A stretch of 64,000 bases of DNA from a virus (IMGVR_UViG_3300021964_010723), one strand, 5' to 3'; counted from the first letter of the stretch, positions 28,001 through 38,438 are shown. A program made the numbers and translations. The notes: generated by a model from the letters alone, not told the origin.

Positions 28001-31000
28001 ATATGAAACTTACAATTTTCCACTTAATTATGATCATAAACCATTTCCTGTGCTAGATAAGCAAAAAATTAATTATAAAACGTCAGGATATGTTTTTTCT
28101 GATGACGTTCAACATATTAAAATTGATTGGTTAGATTTATTACAAGAAGACATAACTTTATATAATTTAAATGATATTATCTGGATAGGTAATACTATAA
28201 AAAATGATTGGGCTGTTTATCAAGTTTCAAAGTATAAAAGAAGCATTGTGCAAGTAATTGAAGGTGAGGTTTATACAGAACTACATCTAGATGGTATGTC
28301 GGATGATTTAAATGTTGATGATATTATAGGAATATACGAAATCAACAGCATAGAATCAGGAATTTCTACAGTTTTTGAAACAAGTGCATTAACAGGTTTT
28401 TTTGTAATAAAACAAATAGATAAATCTGTAATCTCAATTGATGTACCTGTTGCATTAAAAAGTGCTATAAATTACAGTAAGTTACAAATATGCAAAGGTA
28501 TAATTGTAAATTTACAATCTCTTAGGGTAAATGATGTAAACTCTTTAGCTTCGTTTAGTATAAAAAACCCTCAGCATACTCGTTTGTGGTTAGATGACGA
28601 TGGGCAAGGAAATTGGAAGGTCTTAGAAAAGGGTAGCAACTTTGTAGAGAAGCATATTATTTCTAATCCAATTATTGAGTTAAACACAAAATATGGTAGT
28701 TCTTTAGCTACAAATAGTAAAAACACTGTAATTATTGTAGGAGCACCGAACGATGGTGATGGAAAAGTTTATTTGTATAAACGAGATAGCTATGCAAGTA
28801 ATTGGAAATTTTTAGACATATTTGAGCCTGATCCTCCTACTAAAGAAGAAGTAATTGTATTACCGATAGATGGGCAGACTATCTTCGAGATAGAAACAAA
28901 TTTAGTACAACATATTAAACAAATAAATGTAAATTCAATAAAACTAAATAGCACCGAGTATTCATTAGATTTAAATTCAAATCAAGTTGTGTTTGCTAAT
29001 GTAATACCAAAAGATTCTAAAGTTATTTTTGATTTTAATTCTCATACTATTCCTTATCGATTTGGATCAAGCATTGACATTGCAGAAGATGATAATTTTA
29101 TAATTATTGGAGCACCTGATGCATCGAATATTCAAACAAGATATCAAGGAGACTTTGATAATAATACTGCTTACAATGCAGGATCAATTGTAAAATACAA
29201 TGGTTTATATTGGGAAGCTGGCGTTAACATTCCTCCAGGTACTAGTGCGTATATTTTCGAAAGTTTTTTTAGTGTAAGTAATTTCTTAGAAGAAAATAAT
29301 TTAGATAAAGAAAACAGTCCTAGGATTGATATTTTGCTAACTGGAAATTATCCTTACGCTTTTCAACAAGGAGAAGATCCTATAATTACAGACCATTTTC
29401 TTGTAAGATTAAAACAAGATATGTATGATGGAATTGCAAAAAATGATGAAATTATTCTTAAATGGAATAAATTAACTAATGCAAATCAAACACAAATAAA
29501 CCTTACTGCTACAGAACCTTTCGAAAGTAATTTAAAATTTGTAAATGATGATACACTACTATGGAGTGATGTTTTATCAAGGAGACACACTGTCCAGGAA
29601 AAAGTTGATCTTATTGTACAGGTTGATAATGCTTTGTTTACGCCTCAAGTAGGAGATACGGTCACATCTACAACAGGTATAGGAACTATTGTTTACCTAT
29701 ATAGAGAAACTATTACTAGTAATAATTTTTTGCTTTATATTAATGACGTTAGGGGATATTTCGAAACGTTGAGTTATTTAGAAATTAATGCAAATCTTTT
29801 AGGAGACTATCAAAAGGTTACTCCGGAGGATAGCATGAATAGTTACTTTGGCGGTTATGTAATGATATCCGTTGATGAATATTATCTATATCTTACAAAT
29901 AGCGATGCAGCAAAAGGTCTTGTAATAACTGAAACAATCACTGACAGTAGTAATAGTAATCTTTATTTTTATAATATATTAGATTATCCTAGCAATAGTT
30001 TGATTACGATATTAAGTTACAAAGGAACTGAGATTATAGGTTCAGGAAATTATGCTGATATAGATTCAGAATTACGTTATATTGGTATTAGAGCACCTCA
30101 AGAATTAAGTAATACACTAAATGTAGGCGACGGTTTTTCTTTTTATTATAATCAGCTTAAAAAAACAGTTACTTTCCTAAAGGTTAAAAATACAAGATTT
30201 ACGTTTCCTCCTGTTGTTGAAGAAGGAGAAATTATTACACAAAAAAATACTAAAGCTTATGCAACTGTTTCTAGCTCTGAAGTATTAGAAGATCCAGATG
30301 GAGTCACTACAGACTATTTTATTTTACAAGTACAATTTTTAAGTCAAAATGAAAATGGACCAGTATTTAATTTTATAGATGAATTAGTAGGAAGCGTAAG
30401 TGGAGAATTATTTTGCAGAGTAGTAGCTGATCCAGTTGAAGACATATATACTTCTATTAAAGAAATTGGTATACAAGAAGATGATCAATTAAATGCTAAT
30501 GATAATAGTAAGATTGTTTGGAACATATGGGATGGTTTTATTGATTATAACGAAAATAGATTTAGCGAAGAAGGATTACCTTATCAGCCTTATCCGAAAT
30601 ATTATGAAGACGGAACTGGATTTTTCTTAACAGATGCAGGACGTTCGGGGCAAATAATAAGAGAAAAAGGAACAACAAATACAGCAGAAGTAGTTTATCT
30701 ACAGAGATTAAGTCCCACGACTGTTAGAGTATTTGTTGATAATTTACAAGGAGAATGGGGAACTGGTACCCAGATTGAAATGCTTGGTATAACAAGTAAT
30801 ACACCAACTGATCCTTGGAATAGACCTAATATATATTCAGTTAATAGAGAAATAGGAACTTCAATATCTCAATCTCTTTCTTCTAACGCGGTAGGTAAAT
30901 TAATAATGATAGAAAATTCATATAATATTTCTGTTGCTTTTGATAGTACAGGGTTGCCTTTTAGAGAATTGAAAGATCAAGAGTATTGGATATATAAAAA

Positions 31001-34000
31001 TGAAATAGTTGATGGCATAGATCAATTACCAGAAATACCAAATAATCTTAGTAGAGTATGGAATGAAACATATAACATTCCTATAGATAATGCAAATGGG
31101 GCTCCTAGTGCGTTTATCAAAGAAGGAGCAGTATATTTGTATGCCAAAGTTGGTGCACAGTATTTGTTACAAAACACGTCTACATCTATTAACAAAAAAA
31201 ATAATCACAGGTACGGATCTAAAGTACAATTAACAAAAAGCAATGATTTTTATACAGGCTACATACTTGCTTTAGATGGGGATTTTGATTTTGATAATCC
31301 TGGTAAAATTTATTTTATAGGTTATGGAGAGTATGACGGTAGAACATACAATTGGGACTCTACAAAAAATAAAAATTATAGAGGTGAGTTTAATGAATTG
31401 CTGACTTATTTTAAAGGTGATATAGTTTATGTAGATAAAATATTTTACGAAGCAAAAACAAATTTACTTCCTAATGTGTTTAATGTCGTTTTTTGGATTC
31501 CAATAGAAGAATTAATTGATTTTGTAGGTTATATTCCTAATGATGTAAGTTTGCCTGTTACTTTTGATGGAGTAGATATTAGCACAATTCCTTTAACTGG
31601 TATATATGATTATGCAACAAATTTTGCTGTTAGTAAAGACGGAGAAGTTTTAGCTGTTTTTGTCAAATATGATATTGCGAATCCAAATGTAGTTGCAATA
31701 TATAGAAGATATGAAAATACGTTTACATGGAGTCAAAACATTAATGCACAAACTCCTGCATCAGCTTTTGGAGAAAGTTTAGAATTAAACGAAGATGGAA
31801 CTTTATTGTTTATTGGTGCTCCGCAAGATGATTCATTTAGTAATGCTAGTGGAATTGTTTACATTTATAAATTAGATAATTTAGAATTTAGCCTTTATCA
31901 AACTATAAACAGTCCTTATTCCCATGCTCTTGAAATGTTTGGTCATAATGTTAAAGTATCTAATAATATTTTAGCAGTGACTTCATCAAATGGAGACAGG
32001 GTAAAAGAAACAACATTTGATGATAACAATACTATTTTCGATAATAATTTTACAAAAATATCTTATACTGTTGTTGACACAGGTGTAATCCATTTTTATT
32101 CATACATTTTAGATAAATTTGTGTATAGTAATAATATATCCTATGAAGACGGTGTTAATAAAATATACCAAATAGGAGATAGTTTTATTTTGCATAATAA
32201 CTCTTTATTTTTAGGGGTTAATAATTCATTAAATGGGCAGTCCATTGGCAATGTGATCCAATTTGATAAAGGAACTAATGATTTATATAATGTTCTTAGA
32301 GAAATAAAACCTCCTGTCGATGTTAGTAAAATTAAGAAGATTACACTATATGATAAGAGAAAAAATAAAGTAATAACAAATTTAGATTTTATAGATCCAT
32401 TGCAAGGAAAAATACCTGGACCTGCAGAACAAAATATTACCTATAAACTTTTGTATGACCCTGCAATTTATAATGTAGGAAATCTAAATATAGACCAAAC
32501 AATGGCTTGGAATAAAGATCAAGTTGGACACTTATGGTGGGATTTAAGTAATGTAAAATATTATTATCCATATGTAGGAGATGTTGAATTTTCAGCAAAT
32601 TATTGGGGTAAACTTTTTCCTACTCATTCAATAGATATTTATGAATGGGTTGAGTCAGATGTGTTGCCTGAGGTTTGGGATGAATTGACAGGAACTGTTG
32701 ATGGTATAGCTGTTGGTATTTCTGGCACAACAAAATATGGTAGTAGTTCATATTCTACAGGAAGGGTGTATGATAATGTGGCTGGGGCTTTTTTTAATCA
32801 ATACTTTTTTTGGGTAAAAAATAAAACATCTATACCGCAGCTAGATAATAGAAGTTTAAGTTCAGTACAAGTGTCTAATCTTATTAAAGATCCACTCGGA
32901 CAGGACTATCCTTTCATTAGTTTTATTAGTGAAAATGCATTTTCTTGTTATAATTTAGAAAAATATTTAAATGATGACAATGTAATAATTAGCTTCCAAA
33001 TTTACAACGATGCTAAGGTCAAAGATATAAATCAGCATTTACAGTATAAGCTAATTACTGAAAATGATGCACTAAGCTTGCCGAATACACAGATAGAGCA
33101 AAAATGGATTGATAGTTTAGTTGGTTATGATCTATATGGTAGATCTGTTCCAGATCCTTCAGTAAGTGTAAAATATAGATATGGGGTTTTAGATAATCCA
33201 AGGCAAGGAATGTTCAAAAATAGACAAGAAGCATTAAAACAATATATTGAATATATTAATTTAAAATTAAAGTCTACTTTGATAAAAGATAACAAGAATT
33301 TAATAAATTTATATTCTGCTGATGAATATCCAGCAGAAATGCTTAATTTATATGATATTGCAGTAGATTTGCGTACTGATTTAGATAACATAGGTATAGC
33401 TAAGGCAGAGCAAGCTGAAATATCCTTAAAAATTGTAAACGGGATTGTGATAGATTTTACTATTCTACAAGCTGGTAGAGGGTATTTAGTAAAACCTACT
33501 TACGTAGTTATTGGTAAAGGTGAAGGATTAGAAATAGATTATGATTTAAATTCTTTGGGAGGTATTACAAATTTTAGAATTATTAGTGGAGGTGTAAATT
33601 ATAATGAAGGTACATACATAATAATTAGAAAATTTACTGCACTAGTTAAAACTGATGAATCTATACTAGGTAAATGGGCGCTTTATGAAAGAAATTATAA
33701 AGATAACGATTGGGTAAGGATACAAAGCCAAGGATATAATACTTCTTTATATTGGAATTTTATAGATTGGTACGCCAACGGCTTTAGTTCTGATACCAGA
33801 ATAAATTACGCAATAGATTATGCATATGAACTTACTTCTTTGACGGATAATATTAATGATATAATAAAAATTTCAAATATTGGAGATGGTGGTTGGTTGT
33901 TGCTCCGAAAAATTAACAATTTAAATGATGTTGATTATACCGTCAACTATGAAACAGTTGGTCGACAAAACGGAACAATACAGTTTTCTAGAAGATTGTA

Positions 34001-37000
34001 TGATCCTAATGTTGCATTTATTAATTTTGATCTAATCAGTTACGATACGAATTTTTATGATAGTATACCAAGTTTAGAAATTAGAGAAATTGCTAAAGCA
34101 ATTAAAAATGATATTTTTATAGATGATTTAGCAATAGAATATAATAAATTGTTTTTTACAACATTGAGATATGTACTAAGCGAACAATTAAATGTTGATT
34201 GGCTATTCAAAACTAATTTTTTAAAAATAGTACATAATGTAGGAGAGTTAAAACAAGAAATAAATTTTAAAAATGATAATTTAGAAAGTTATGAAGACTA
34301 TGTAAAAGAAGTTAAGCCTTACAAAGTAAAAATTAGAGAATTTGTAAGTTCATATGAAAAGGTAGATGATGTATTTGGAAAAATAGAAGATTTTGATTTA
34401 CCTCCGAGGTATGATAGTGTAGAAAACAAAATAGTACCTTGGAAAATTACTGCTTTCTCAGACGGGTTGTATAATGACGGAATTATAAAAACAAATCCAT
34501 ATAAAAGTTGGTTAGATAATTGCACTTATGAAGTGGTTGCTATAGAAATACACGACGGAGGTTTTGGATATAGTATTCCTCCTGTGTTAAGGTTTGAAGG
34601 AGGCGGCGGCAATGGATGTATTGCAAAAGCTAGAATTGGAGATAATGGTTCTTTAGTAACGGTTGATATAATTAATAAAGGATCTGGGTATTTTTCAGCG
34701 CCTAAATTAATTATAGACGGATCTATAGGAGAAACAGGTCGTCATGCTAGAGCAAGTGTAATTTTAGGTAATGGCTTACCTAGATCAATCTTTACCAATA
34801 TTAAATTTGATAGAAATTCAAAAAAGTATGAAATTTTATCTTTACAAACTACAGAAAGCTTTATAGGAACAGGATCAAAATATATTTTTGATTTATTATG
34901 GCCGTTATCACTAAACAGTAAAAACATTAAAGTCATTGTTGATGGTCAAACTTTGTTAAAAAGTGAATACACTTATCAAAATATATTAAATAACAAAAAA
35001 AAGTATGTTGGACAAATTATTTTTACATATCCATTAGCAAATTATAGTATTATTCAAATTAATTATTTTAAAGACGCAATGTTGCTTAAAGCACAAGATA
35101 GGATAAACCTTTTGTATACTGCTTCACAAGGACAGTACGGTAATGATTTAGCTTTACTTATGGACGGTGTAGATTACGGGGGAGTAGAAGTAAAAAGTTT
35201 TGAATTTGGAACATATAGCGGTTGGGATACTAGTGGTTATCTAGCAAATACTTATGATACATATGATGAGAATTATAATGATACATTTTATCGTATTCCT
35301 GTACATTTGTTAGATATAGATGTGATAGATTATAAAGTTCATGTCAATTTTATTAATATTGCAAATGCAATTAACGCAATAGTCAAGGGCGATAGCACAG
35401 CAATTTTAAAATATCAAAGATTTATAGAAATTTTTAGTGTAGATCAATTAGGTAATGCACTTGATGATTATTTAGACGGTAGCAGTATTTTAAATATTTT
35501 AGATGAATTAGTAGAAGTAATAGACGAAGATGGAAATATTAATTTAGTTTCCGCATTGACTTTCAAAAGTGCAGATCAATTCCAAAAATATGCAATAGGA
35601 ACAGCAGATAGTCTTACAGCAATAACTAATATAGAATTGCAAATTATACCTAAATTAGTGACATTATCGTTAGTTGATGTAAATCAATTGTTAGTAGAAG
35701 GTATTTTAGAAAATTTAATTGTTAAATTTGCGAAACCGTTAGAAAATAATATTTCGTATAATATTTACTATAATAATATACGAATAGATGATCCTAATTA
35801 CATTGATGATCTTACACCTGTTGATAATCCTAATGCTACAATGGCAACTATTATTGGAGATGGAATAACACAATCTGTCAATGTAGAAAATTTAAATATA
35901 GTTCCTAATACAGATGACATTATTATTATTAGGAGCGCATATAGCGATGGTAGTTTTTTACCTACTGATTTAGATTATGATACTTTATTATTAGGCGGAA
36001 ATACTGATTACAGTAATGCTAAAGGTATTAATGCTGAAGATATTATTGTTGACGGAGATAATTTTGTTACACCATTAAATTCAAAAGGTCCTGAAGAGCT
36101 TGTGCCTGGATTAATTAAAGATTCGGTTAGTATAACAGTATATGAAAGACCCACAGCAGGTACAAGCAACATTGTAAGTAGAAACTATATTGGAAATGGG
36201 AACACAACATTGTTTTCTATAGATTTTAGCCCAATAACTGAGTTAACTGTTTTTGTAAAAGTTAATAGAGAACTTAAAAAAATAAATGAAGATTATACAG
36301 TTGATTTTAGGAATCAAAACATATTATTTATAACTGCTCCTCCTGCACATTCTAAAATTAATATTACAACTTTAGACTATAGTGGCTCTAATATTTTAGA
36401 TGTTGATACAATTACAATAGAAGAAAGTTTAGGAACATTTATTGTAAATGCAAGATGGGAAGAAAATCTAAGTAGTCAAGTATCTGTTAACGGACAATTT
36501 TTACCATATGAGCTTGTCAAGGCAGATACAGAATTTTACGATAGTTCAAATAATATTTTAATTAAATTTGCAAATCCTTTACCAGTGGGTTCAGTCTTGC
36601 AATATTTGATTTTATCAGGAGAAGAACAAAGTTACAGTACAGTTTATGTAGATGAATTTATTGCAGATGGTAGTACAAATACTTTTACTTTAGCACAAGC
36701 TCCTTTTAGGCAAAGACCATTAGAATGGCATACAATGGTAATTGTTAATGATAAATTGCTAAATCCTGGTTATGTGGAAACTTTTATTACTACAGATAAT
36801 TTAGAGTATAAATTAAAATTGTATCAAGTTCCAGTTGCTTCAGTAAGTTCTAAGAACATTAGAGTCTTTTTAAATGGTAGTGAATTAGAGTTATTAACAG
36901 AATGGACATTCCTAGCAGCTGATTCATATGACTTGTTATTAGATGCTGATGAACAATTTGGTAGTGCTGTTTTAATCAAAAGAGGAGTAAGTCAACCTGG

Positions 37001-38438
37001 AGATATTTTAAAAGTTTATATAAATGCGTGGGATGATAGCACTGATTCAGGCGGAGACTACAAATTTGGGTATTATGAAGATGAAATTTTTGTAGAAACT
37101 CCTGATACTGTAACTATAAATTTCGATTTGAATATTAGCGATAAAGTTAAAATTTATCAATTTAGTAATCATAATACACAAGACATCGATTGGCAAAGTT
37201 TTGATGTAACAGAAAGAACAAGATTAAGTCCTGGAGTTAACCAAATATCTGCAATTAGGCGGGTCACAAGTACATTTGTTTTAGAATTAGATTTTGAACT
37301 TAATGCAAATCTTTATTATGCTGTTTATAGAAATGGCACAAGAATAGATGACAAAGAATATGGCACACCTAACGCTACAAATCCAAATGCAGAAATTCAA
37401 ACTCTGACAGGCAATGCTACATATACATTAAATTTATTTGATTATGGTATACAGGCAAATGAAGGAGATGTGTTTAAAATAGTTGAATTAGGAAGTAGTA
37501 TTACATTGGATACAGGAGCGGCAGATTGGTATGAACTTAGACAGTTAAGAAATGGCATTATACCACTAAACAAAACAGCAATTGATGATCAATTTGTCTG
37601 GGTAGCAATAAATGGAGTATTGTTGGATCCTAGTGTAGATTATTACGTTATGCAAGATAATATGCATGTAAGATTAAACAATCCTTTACAAGAAAATGAT
37701 AATATCCAAGTAGTACATTTTAGTAATAGTTTACAAAAAAATAAATTTGGGTGGATTCAGTTTAATGATATATTAAATAAAACACATTATTTTTCATTAG
37801 ATGGCAAGCAAAATATTAAATTAGCTAAAGATTTGTATTGGTATGATAAAATAATTGAGGTAGTTGACGGCAGTCTTTTACCTCAGCCTGAAACAAATAG
37901 TAAATATCCCGGTGTTGTGCTGATTCAAGGAGAAAGAATTGAGTTTCGTTTGAGAAACGGTAATATTTTAAGTCAATTAAAAAGAGGAACATTAGGCACT
38001 GGAGTAAAGGATGTGTATCCCGCTGGTTTAGAAATTTATAATCAAAGTGTAGATATGGTTTTGCCTTATAAAGATGAAACGCTTATTACTAGTTTTATAA
38101 GTGATGGGCAAACAAAAGATTTTAATTTAGATTTTGTAGCTAATAGTATAAATGAATTTGAAGTATTTGTAGCCGGTAGAAGGTTAAGAAAAACAGAAAT
38201 ACCGCAATATAACATAGAATTAGGACAAAATTCGCCCAATGCAGATGTTTTAATACCTGCAGAATTTGCATTAGATAACAATATGTTAAATTTATTGGAA
38301 ATACCACCAATAAATCAAAAAATAATGGTTGTAAGAAAAATAGGTAAATTATGGACTGACCCAGGTGTAAGATTAAGTGATAGTGGTAATAATATATCTA
38401 AAAAAATACAATCTGTGCAGGCAGACTTGCCAAGATAA
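22086..38438 (+). CDS. Giant (5450 aa) baseplate wedge/structural protein (gp7-like position) with CBM-like, FG-GAP-like and Ig-like modules
   Basis: Uninterrupted ORF directly after gp6. N-terminal HLPKYFRTEYNQKFL and FVNFRNYYWLPNGP resemble wedge proteins; repeated modules are described in the findings. Confidence 0.75.
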   Translation: MAFKNDQIEPILPADESEQRKSVNHLPKYFRTEYNQKFLSTTLDQMIQPGTVEQINGFYGRRTAKAFDYNKDIYVNDITQERQDYQLEPVTVVKDDLNNLKYYADYVDFINYLKIRNTKDIDHDVANAEEYYAWNPHIDWDKFVNFRNYYWLPNGPVTLTVAGQEKEVESEYTIRLQDNVDNFTYIFTPDGLTNNPTITLYRGQTYVFDIDTPNYPIAFVSRKTFTPGREYNEATENTSLIYTDGLVKKDENGIITDEPFLSKGVFEFAIPDNAPDVLFYISKDDPNLSGTIKIYDIIENTEINVEKEVIGKKNYKTSSGWKFSNGMKVQFAGNVFPNLYGDGEWYVEGVGTAINLINSKDLELNSLFVDDIEVEFDNKGFDDMPFDEALGYPSKKDYIVINRASNDGNLWSKYNRWFHIDVIEKSLEINQQIPSVDQFSRANRPIIEFEPNIKLHEFGTQKKQNVNLVDVITTDVFSTIEGSIGYNIDGIDLTEGMRILFLNDNDIFVKNKIFKVSFVNINNIVQITLKEETDAEPLINENVLITQGNHNKGKYFYYNGQTWQKGQEKYSINQSPLFDMYDEEDVWLKDELKYQYSQFNGNKIFSYAIGQGNDDSILGFPLQYQNIENSGDIVFIFDLLNTEFSYNNNNSVTIYKTDIAFLRKYYNKDNYELINGWEKANTYSQQSVILQLLSTNDNMYALDMYESIDLNDFWIRVFVDNSLQEQNIDYKLVTDDNNSYFLQFIKQLPLNSNIVIKTRSSKPKTNSGFYEIPASLEKNPSNDNLYQFTLGEVNDHVGSIVEELSSFTGNFPGIGNLRDLGNLSSYGKKFLKHSALYNLYSYHILDKQASVVDAVSFAQKEYSKFKRLFLQTISNIGFQGGTQQTFEKVLEEIVKGNSKDLPYYFSDMIAYSGKRINSNLIVDVDQQFFPLSTDFNLDTVSNRAVLVYKNDILLTYGVDYDFSNPGFVRVFGNKEVNDVIDVYEFENTFGSFVPQTPTKLGLFPKYVPRIYIDDSIVRKQLDGSSGPFKIYGFTKKEGLGWYYPIFTDYAAAEQYDKNNSGDGEVSIVKFDDIPTVFYMPVSSKIISMNDTEQFDAWYQDTVVIQGHDGSKINAFKDFRDTLILELEKRIYNNIKVNYDSDLFDLHKILPSFYRKNLVKRENLYNAMLNDFINWSKLINIEYAPHLYFDLTNPYTYNYSSSFLHNGEKSPGWWRAIYEYVYDTDRPHTHPWEMLGFTEKPDWWDTEYGVGPYTNNNLPLWQDLENGIIRKPSFKIDVRFARPGLSKIIPVDEKGKLLNPAFANIIKEYNRQSIQESFNFGDGGPVETAWKRTSEYPFSLLKAAILLQPAYVFSGSFDRIQQKRNIAGQIIYNVSKNHIQLSSLQFPDEVANIFASGLINYIVEYQNKHFLNRFNDYVDCVKNLKNQLGFKVGGFTDKSKFKLILDSRSPLNKGNVFVPDENYDIYLNTSFPINEFIYSGVLITKEADGYYVKGYDENFSKFPYYAPSKKNSDTVLNVGGISETFVTWEAGKTYSKDVIVRVDDVYYRTKITHVSGDNFDTSKFSKLPRLPIIGGAVAKYRHSYDSFISYLEYGTLLPEIQDVVDFLLGYGHYLETVGFKFDKFLEDTTEIADWVYSVKQFLFWTTQNWGAGSIITLSPAADEIKFHNDYAVVGNTSASSIGYSIRKADGTVIPKENCKFFRDTDNSFSVKVIDYSGGIYFIKIPLVTKEHIVLIDNTTIFNDIIYDPTPGYRQERIKVAGYRTASWNGSLNIPGFFYDRAIVKNWTVYTDYNAGDVVKFKEFYYTAKQKIFGSDNFEFNKWKRLDETPSAKLYSNFDYKIEQFKDFYDLDSDNLDTNQQRIAQHLIGYQKRKYLQNIINSDVSQYKFYQGYIQEKGTRNALTKLFDVLSSAEQDSLEFYEEWGVRVGIYGGNETFDEFDYVLKEKDFNLKPQPVLLSNTTSKTLDYINRIKKYETYNFPLNYDHKPFPVLDKQKINYKTSGYVFSDDVQHIKIDWLDLLQEDITLYNLNDIIWIGNTIKNDWAVYQVSKYKRSIVQVIEGEVYTELHLDGMSDDLNVDDIIGIYEINSIESGISTVFETSALTGFFVIKQIDKSVISIDVPVALKSAINYSKLQICKGIIVNLQSLRVNDVNSLASFSIKNPQHTRLWLDDDGQGNWKVLEKGSNFVEKHIISNPIIELNTKYGSSLATNSKNTVIIVGAPNDGDGKVYLYKRDSYASNWKFLDIFEPDPPTKEEVIVLPIDGQTIFEIETNLVQHIKQINVNSIKLNSTEYSLDLNSNQVVFANVIPKDSKVIFDFNSHTIPYRFGSSIDIAEDDNFIIIGAPDASNIQTRYQGDFDNNTAYNAGSIVKYNGLYWEAGVNIPPGTSAYIFESFFSVSNFLEENNLDKENSPRIDILLTGNYPYAFQQGEDPIITDHFLVRLKQDMYDGIAKNDEIILKWNKLTNANQTQINLTATEPFESNLKFVNDDTLLWSDVLSRRHTVQEKVDLIVQVDNALFTPQVGDTVTSTTGIGTIVYLYRETITSNNFLLYINDVRGYFETLSYLEINANLLGDYQKVTPEDSMNSYFGGYVMISVDEYYLYLTNSDAAKGLVITETITDSSNSNLYFYNILDYPSNSLITILSYKGTEIIGSGNYADIDSELRYIGIRAPQELSNTLNVGDGFSFYYNQLKKTVTFLKVKNTRFTFPPVVEEGEIITQKNTKAYATVSSSEVLEDPDGVTTDYFILQVQFLSQNENGPVFNFIDELVGSVSGELFCRVVADPVEDIYTSIKEIGIQEDDQLNANDNSKIVWNIWDGFIDYNENRFSEEGLPYQPYPKYYEDGTGFFLTDAGRSGQIIREKGTTNTAEVVYLQRLSPTTVRVFVDNLQGEWGTGTQIEMLGITSNTPTDPWNRPNIYSVNREIGTSISQSLSSNAVGKLIMIENSYNISVAFDSTGLPFRELKDQEYWIYKNEIVDGIDQLPEIPNNLSRVWNETYNIPIDNANGAPSAFIKEGAVYLYAKVGAQYLLQNTSTSINKKNNHRYGSKVQLTKSNDFYTGYILALDGDFDFDNPGKIYFIGYGEYDGRTYNWDSTKNKNYRGEFNELLTYFKGDIVYVDKIFYEAKTNLLPNVFNVVFWIPIEELIDFVGYIPNDVSLPVTFDGVDISTIPLTGIYDYATNFAVSKDGEVLAVFVKYDIANPNVVAIYRRYENTFTWSQNINAQTPASAFGESLELNEDGTLLFIGAPQDDSFSNASGIVYIYKLDNLEFSLYQTINSPYSHALEMFGHNVKVSNNILAVTSSNGDRVKETTFDDNNTIFDNNFTKISYTVVDTGVIHFYSYILDKFVYSNNISYEDGVNKIYQIGDSFILHNNSLFLGVNNSLNGQSIGNVIQFDKGTNDLYNVLREIKPPVDVSKIKKITLYDKRKNKVITNLDFIDPLQGKIPGPAEQNITYKLLYDPAIYNVGNLNIDQTMAWNKDQVGHLWWDLSNVKYYYPYVGDVEFSANYWGKLFPTHSIDIYEWVESDVLPEVWDELTGTVDGIAVGISGTTKYGSSSYSTGRVYDNVAGAFFNQYFFWVKNKTSIPQLDNRSLSSVQVSNLIKDPLGQDYPFISFISENAFSCYNLEKYLNDDNVIISFQIYNDAKVKDINQHLQYKLITENDALSLPNTQIEQKWIDSLVGYDLYGRSVPDPSVSVKYRYGVLDNPRQGMFKNRQEALKQYIEYINLKLKSTLIKDNKNLINLYSADEYPAEMLNLYDIAVDLRTDLDNIGIAKAEQAEISLKIVNGIVIDFTILQAGRGYLVKPTYVVIGKGEGLEIDYDLNSLGGITNFRIISGGVNYNEGTYIIIRKFTALVKTDESILGKWALYERNYKDNDWVRIQSQGYNTSLYWNFIDWYANGFSSDTRINYAIDYAYELTSLTDNINDIIKISNIGDGGWLLLRKINNLNDVDYTVNYETVGRQNGTIQFSRRLYDPNVAFINFDLISYDTNFYDSIPSLEIREIAKAIKNDIFIDDLAIEYNKLFFTTLRYVLSEQLNVDWLFKTNFLKIVHNVGELKQEINFKNDNLESYEDYVKEVKPYKVKIREFVSSYEKVDDVFGKIEDFDLPPRYDSVENKIVPWKITAFSDGLYNDGIIKTNPYKSWLDNCTYEVVAIEIHDGGFGYSIPPVLRFEGGGGNGCIAKARIGDNGSLVTVDIINKGSGYFSAPKLIIDGSIGETGRHARASVILGNGLPRSIFTNIKFDRNSKKYEILSLQTTESFIGTGSKYIFDLLWPLSLNSKNIKVIVDGQTLLKSEYTYQNILNNKKKYVGQIIFTYPLANYSIIQINYFKDAMLLKAQDRINLLYTASQGQYGNDLALLMDGVDYGGVEVKSFEFGTYSGWDTSGYLANTYDTYDENYNDTFYRIPVHLLDIDVIDYKVHVNFINIANAINAIVKGDSTAILKYQRFIEIFSVDQLGNALDDYLDGSSILNILDELVEVIDEDGNINLVSALTFKSADQFQKYAIGTADSLTAITNIELQIIPKLVTLSLVDVNQLLVEGILENLIVKFAKPLENNISYNIYYNNIRIDDPNYIDDLTPVDNPNATMATIIGDGITQSVNVENLNIVPNTDDIIIIRSAYSDGSFLPTDLDYDTLLLGGNTDYSNAKGINAEDIIVDGDNFVTPLNSKGPEELVPGLIKDSVSITVYERPTAGTSNIVSRNYIGNGNTTLFSIDFSPITELTVFVKVNRELKKINEDYTVDFRNQNILFITAPPAHSKINITTLDYSGSNILDVDTITIEESLGTFIVNARWEENLSSQVSVNGQFLPYELVKADTEFYDSSNNILIKFANPLPVGSVLQYLILSGEEQSYSTVYVDEFIADGSTNTFTLAQAPFRQRPLEWHTMVIVNDKLLNPGYVETFITTDNLEYKLKLYQVPVASVSSKNIRVFLNGSELELLTEWTFLAADSYDLLLDADEQFGSAVLIKRGVSQPGDILKVYINAWDDSTDSGGDYKFGYYEDEIFVETPDTVTINFDLNISDKVKIYQFSNHNTQDIDWQSFDVTERTRLSPGVNQISAIRRVTSTFVLELDFELNANLYYAVYRNGTRIDDKEYGTPNATNPNAEIQTLTGNATYTLNLFDYGIQANEGDVFKIVELGSSITLDTGAADWYELRQLRNGIIPLNKTAIDDQFVWVAINGVLLDPSVDYYVMQDNMHVRLNNPLQENDNIQVVHFSNSLQKNKFGWIQFNDILNKTHYFSLDGKQNIKLAKDLYWYDKIIEVVDGSLLPQPETNSKYPGVVLIQGERIEFRLRNGNILSQLKRGTLGTGVKDVYPAGLEIYNQSVDMVLPYKDETLITSFISDGQTKDFNLDFVANSINEFEVFVAGRRLRKTEIPQYNIELGQNSPNADVLIPAEFALDNNMLNLLEIPPINQKIMVVRKIGKLWTDPGVRLSDSGNNISKKIQSVQADLPR

